Source: a virus
IMG/VR virus record: IMGVR_UViG_3300020216_000014
Location: 1 to 17,519 of that record
Length of the DNA: 17,519 nucleotides
Strand: one strand, 5' to 3'
Shown here piece by piece: positions 15,476 through 17,519 of this stretch. The notes beneath the pieces are model-generated. The model saw only the letters and a list, made by a program, of their open reading frames with translations. It was not told the origin of the DNA and did no database searches. How positions within the stretch are numbered: position 1 is the first letter of the stretch; each line of letters opens with the position of its first letter. Position numbers and translations under genes: made by a program.

Positions 15476-15919
15476 TTGAATTTTTTTGATAGATTAAACA
15501 TCATTCTATCTTTTTTAGGTATATCCACCGGGTTTATATTTAAAAAGATATATCACTGGATTAAATTTCAAATAAAAATAAAAAAACAAAATGAAGAATT
15601 TTATAAAAAATTTGTGAAATCAACCAATAAAAAAAATGAAAAGCAAGATGAAGAAATCAAAAATATCCAAGATCATACACAACAAATAGAAAATGCCCAA
15701 TATCATATTTTGGAAAGTCAAAGAGTGATTTTATACAATCAAATTCGTGCCAAATCTAAAAACTTGATCAATCATGGATATATTACTTTATCAGATCTAG
15801 ACGCCTTAAATTTATTATACAAAAAATACAAAGAATTAGGAGGGAATGGCACAGCGGAAATACTTTATCAAAAAGCCATTTCCCTGCCTAAAAAAGGGGA
15901 TAGTGAAAATGTTCAATGA
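15476..15919 (+). CDS. N-terminally membrane-anchored protein, 147 aa (possible holin partner/antiholin; function unknown)
   Basis: TTG start lies 9 nt after AAGGAGGT (15459-15466). There is one hydrophobic segment (LNIILSFLGISTGFIF) followed by a charged, helical-looking domain. It overlaps the holin gene by 11 nt. Confidence 0.65.
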   Translation: MNFFDRLNIILSFLGISTGFIFKKIYHWIKFQIKIKKQNEEFYKKFVKSTNKKNEKQDEEIKNIQDHTQQIENAQYHILESQRVILYNQIRAKSKNLINHGYITLSDLDALNLLYKKYKELGGNGTAEILYQKAISLPKKGDSENVQ

Positions 15920-16154
15920 AAAAACTTACAAAATATTAAAGTGGTGTATCTTAATTGTTATACCAGCTTTTGCTACACTAGTAGGTACAATAGGAAGTAC
16001 ACTCAATTTAGAAAATACTGATATCATAGTAACCATTATCATAGCTATTGATACATTCTTAGGTACTAGCCTAGGTATTGACAACAAACGCTTCTATAAA
16101 AAACAATTAGAAAAAGAAAAGGAAAAAGAAAAAGAAAAGGAGGAATCAAAATGA
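15909..16154 (+). CDS. Holin, small two-TM type (resembles Dp-1-family holins from memory)
   Basis: ATG at 15909 lies 8 nt after AAGGGGA. Two hydrophobic segments are present (ILKWCILIVIPAFATLVGTIG; IIVTIIIAIDTFLGTSLGI), with a charged C-tail KKQLEKEKEKEKEKEESK. It is immediately upstream of the endolysin and overlaps its start codon (ATGA). Confidence 0.8.
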   Translation: MFNEKTYKILKWCILIVIPAFATLVGTIGSTLNLENTDIIVTIIIAIDTFLGTSLGIDNKRFYKKQLEKEKEKEKEKEESK

Positions 16155-17101
16155 CTTTACACGTTTCAGATCTTTCCAACCATCAAAAACCAAATATTCA
16201 TTCTTATCCCTCAGACGGATATATTTTTAAAGCAACTGAAGGGACATCTTTTGTTGACAAGAATTGTGATATCTTTGTCCAACAAGCAATTAAAGCAGGA
16301 AAACCCTTTGGTGTATATCATTTCATGGACGGGAGCAATTGGAAATCCCAAGCCGATCATTTTATTCAATCGACCAAAAATTATCATAAAAAAGGGATTT
16401 TAGCCCTAGATTATGAAATGTATGGTATGCAAGGGGCTTCAGTAGCTGAAAAATGGTTAGATTATGTTAAACAAAAAACAGGCGTTGCACCCCTAATTTA
16501 TATGAATGTTTCCGCAATGAACGGCGATAATTGGGGTTCAGTTGCCAAAAAATATGGTTTATGGATCGCCTACCCAAATGGCAAAGGAAACTACCCAAAT
16601 ATTGCTTATTGGGATACTGCCACATTACATCAATATACCTTTGAACCACACGATCAAAACGAATTCTTTGGTGATCGTGAAACATGGGATAAATTGGCAG
16701 GTGGAAAGCCTAGCAAACAATCCACCAAAAAGAAAACTTCTAAACCAAAACAAATTAAAGAAGATGGCATGGCTGGAACAGAATGGGCTACACGCTTGCA
16801 AGAAATCTACGATTGTAGAATTGTTGACGGCGTGATTTCAGGGCAAATCAAAAATCCAAGTAACAAATATGTTTATTCCGCTGAATGGGGCAGAGGTGGT
16901 TCAAATGTAATTAAAAAAATTCAGAAAGAATTGAAAAAACAAGGCGTTTACAGTGGTAAAATTGACGGAAACATAGGGCCAAAATGTGTGGACGGTATGC
17001 AACGAATTGCAGGAACAACTAATGACGGCTTCATTAGTCCAGTAAGTAACATGATTAAATGGACACAAATTCAAATGAATAAAGATAAACGACCTTTTTA
17101 A
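16151..17101 (+). CDS. Endolysin: GH25 muramidase with C-terminal peptidoglycan-binding-like repeats
   Basis: GH25 hallmarks are present: VSDLSNHQ...GYIFKATEGTSFVDKN...GVYHF...LALDYE...PLIYMN...LWIAYP...LHQYT. A basic linker (KPSKQSTKKKTSKPKQ) follows, then two PG_binding-like segments (...LKKQGVYSGKIDGNIGPKCVDGMQRIAG). Confidence 0.9.
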   Translation: MTLHVSDLSNHQKPNIHSYPSDGYIFKATEGTSFVDKNCDIFVQQAIKAGKPFGVYHFMDGSNWKSQADHFIQSTKNYHKKGILALDYEMYGMQGASVAEKWLDYVKQKTGVAPLIYMNVSAMNGDNWGSVAKKYGLWIAYPNGKGNYPNIAYWDTATLHQYTFEPHDQNEFFGDRETWDKLAGGKPSKQSTKKKTSKPKQIKEDGMAGTEWATRLQEIYDCRIVDGVISGQIKNPSNKYVYSAEWGRGGSNVIKKIQKELKKQGVYSGKIDGNIGPKCVDGMQRIAGTTNDGFISPVSNMIKWTQIQMNKDKRPF

Positions 17102-17107
17102 ATAAAG

Positions 17108-17137
17108 TATCCCTCATTTATTTGAGGGATATTTTTT
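17108..17137. terminator. Bidirectional intrinsic terminator between the convergent late and right-end transcription units
   Basis: A 9-bp stem pairs TATCCCTCA (17108-17116) with TGAGGGATA (17123-17131), with a 6-nt loop. TTTTTT follows on the + strand (17132-17137), and CTTTATTT follows on the - strand. Confidence 0.8.
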
Positions 17138-17309
17138 AATGTACTTTGATATTGAATTTTTTAAGTAAATTTAAAGAAGTTTCATAATCTAGCATAACAT
17201 CTTTTTTAGTTACAGTTTTAAAAAGATCTTCAGCTAAAAGCGTAACTTTTTTCTTAGTTAAAAAAATTACTTTCCCACTATTTAAATCACTAACAATCTT
17301 TAAGTCCAA
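17136..17309 (-). CDS. Unannotated 57-aa ORF (TTG start): MDLKIVSDLNSGKVIFLTKKKVTLLAEDLFKTVTKKDVMLDYETSLNLLKKFNIKVH
   Basis: Hand-translated from the - strand. It is open for 58 codons in AT-rich DNA. TTG is the first possible start after an in-frame TGA, with AAAGGA 10 nt upstream. It ends at the bidirectional terminator. Confidence 0.45.
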   Translation of the reverse strand: MDLKIVSDLNSGKVIFLTKKKVTLLAEDLFKTVTKKDVMLDYETSLNLLKKFNIKVH

Positions 17310-17326
17310 ATGATTTCAATCCTTTC

Positions 17327-17395
17327 TTATATAAATAGATAACCCCATAATAAAACAAATGCTAGTACTTGTAAAAATAATAATAAGCTAAACAT
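17327..17395 (-). CDS. 22-aa hydrophobic micropeptide MFSLLLFLQVLAFVLLWGYLFI
   Basis: Hand-translated. ATG at 17395 lies 7 nt after the ITR-R copy of the strong SD AAAGGAGGT and downstream of the ITR-R promoter. This mirrors the arrangement of the 126..419 gene at the left end. Confidence 0.5.
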   Translation of the reverse strand: MFSLLLFLQVLAFVLLWGYLFI

Positions 17396-17399
17396 ATTA

Positions 17400-17519
17400 T
17401 CTACCTCCTTTCATTTGATCTATAATTAGTATAACAAAATATTCAGGATAAGTCAAGGATTTTTGCAGTAAAAATTTGGAGGAGGGGGGTTTGTGAATCA
17501 CGCACAAGATAGCACTCCA
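17400..17519. repeat. Right inverted terminal repeat (ITR-R), 120 bp
   Basis: Exact reverse complement of 1-120. Confidence 0.97.
17428..17456 (-). promoter_or_regulatory. Sigma-A-type early promoter inside ITR-R (mirror of 64..92)
   Basis: Same TTGACT-17-TATACT sequence with an extended -10, read on the - strand because it lies in the perfect ITR. Confidence 0.75.

Noticed and set aside
15846-15908. A dual-start holin/antiholin could arise from a longer form starting at ATG 15846, which adds a strongly basic 21-aa N-terminal extension.
   Set aside because: The GGAGG upstream is only about 2 nt from ATG 15846, too close for efficient initiation. The extension also lies wholly within the preceding gene. 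The idea is attractive by analogy with lambda S107/S105 but is not supported by the signals.
785-16835. These are ORF-track entries on the - strand or in alternative + frames that lie inside larger genes. They are 785..997, 1308..1493, 5014..5202, 5431..5697, 5914..6111, 8002..8211, 8698..9042, 8882..9085, 10934..11215, 11427..11615, 12543..12779, 13501..13728, 15274..15528, 16467..16685 and 16542..16835.
   Set aside because: All are fully embedded in well-supported + strand genes and lack convincing SD sequences. Their low-complexity, Phe/Leu/Ile/Ser- or Lys-rich translations are typical of the antisense or shifted frame of AT-rich coding DNA. No promoter or terminator logic supports them.
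17478-17519. A super-SD-like GGAGGAGGGGGG is followed by GTG (17493) reading outward off the genome end, and is mirrored at the left end on the - strand. Reading across a hypothetical end-to-end junction would extend the frame to roughly 57 codons.
   Set aside because: Only 9 codons remain before the physical end, and I found no outward-facing promoter. A terminal-protein-capped linear genome is not expected to circularise. The tract is more likely an origin or protein-binding element.
1-17519. I scanned by eye for tRNA genes, an integrase or lysogeny module, transposases and homing endonucleases.
   Set aside because: There is no cloverleaf-like GC-rich segment, no recombinase or HTH-repressor-like ORF, and no intervening ORFs in the polymerase or structural genes. 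The genome looks strictly lytic and compact. A tRNAscan or HMM search would be needed for certainty.

Overview
The window appears to be a complete linear genome (17,519 bp, visibly AT-rich) of a small phi29-like podovirus of a low-GC Gram-positive host (former Picovirinae; Salasmaviridae/Rountreeviridae type). The genus and host cannot be assigned from sequence alone. It is bounded by perfect 120-bp inverted terminal repeats. Each ITR carries an inward-facing sigma-A-type promoter and a Shine-Dalgarno site. Almost everything is on the + strand, in four modules. (1) A left early module holds two small orphan proteins and a 174-aa early protein, and ends at an intrinsic terminator at 1341-1367. 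(2) A replication/packaging module holds an Arg-rich 163-aa protein (terminal-protein candidate), a gp16-like encapsidation ATPase and a protein-primed family-B DNA polymerase. (3) A late module starts at a weak -35 / extended -10 promoter. It encodes two small acidic proteins (scaffold candidates), major capsid, connector, lower collar, a tail spike with a C-terminal S74 chaperone domain, a repeat-containing fibre, a gp9-like tail knob and a gp13-like tail lysin. (4) A lysis cassette holds a membrane-anchored protein, a small two-TM holin and a GH25 endolysin, and ends at a bidirectional terminator. A short leftward operon is driven from the right ITR. It encodes a 22-aa hydrophobic micropeptide and a 57-aa TTG-start ORF, neither present in the supplied ORF track. 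The most unusual features are these: a perfect 282-bp in-frame tandem duplication inside the tail lysin, flanked by two Gly/Ser/Asp microsatellite linkers; 60-bp tandem repeats in the fibre gene; ITR-embedded duplicate expression cassettes; no recognisable terminal protein or room for a pRNA gene; and the right-end micropeptide operon. No tRNA, CRISPR array, integrase or transposase was seen. All family assignments come from motifs recognised by eye, not from searches.
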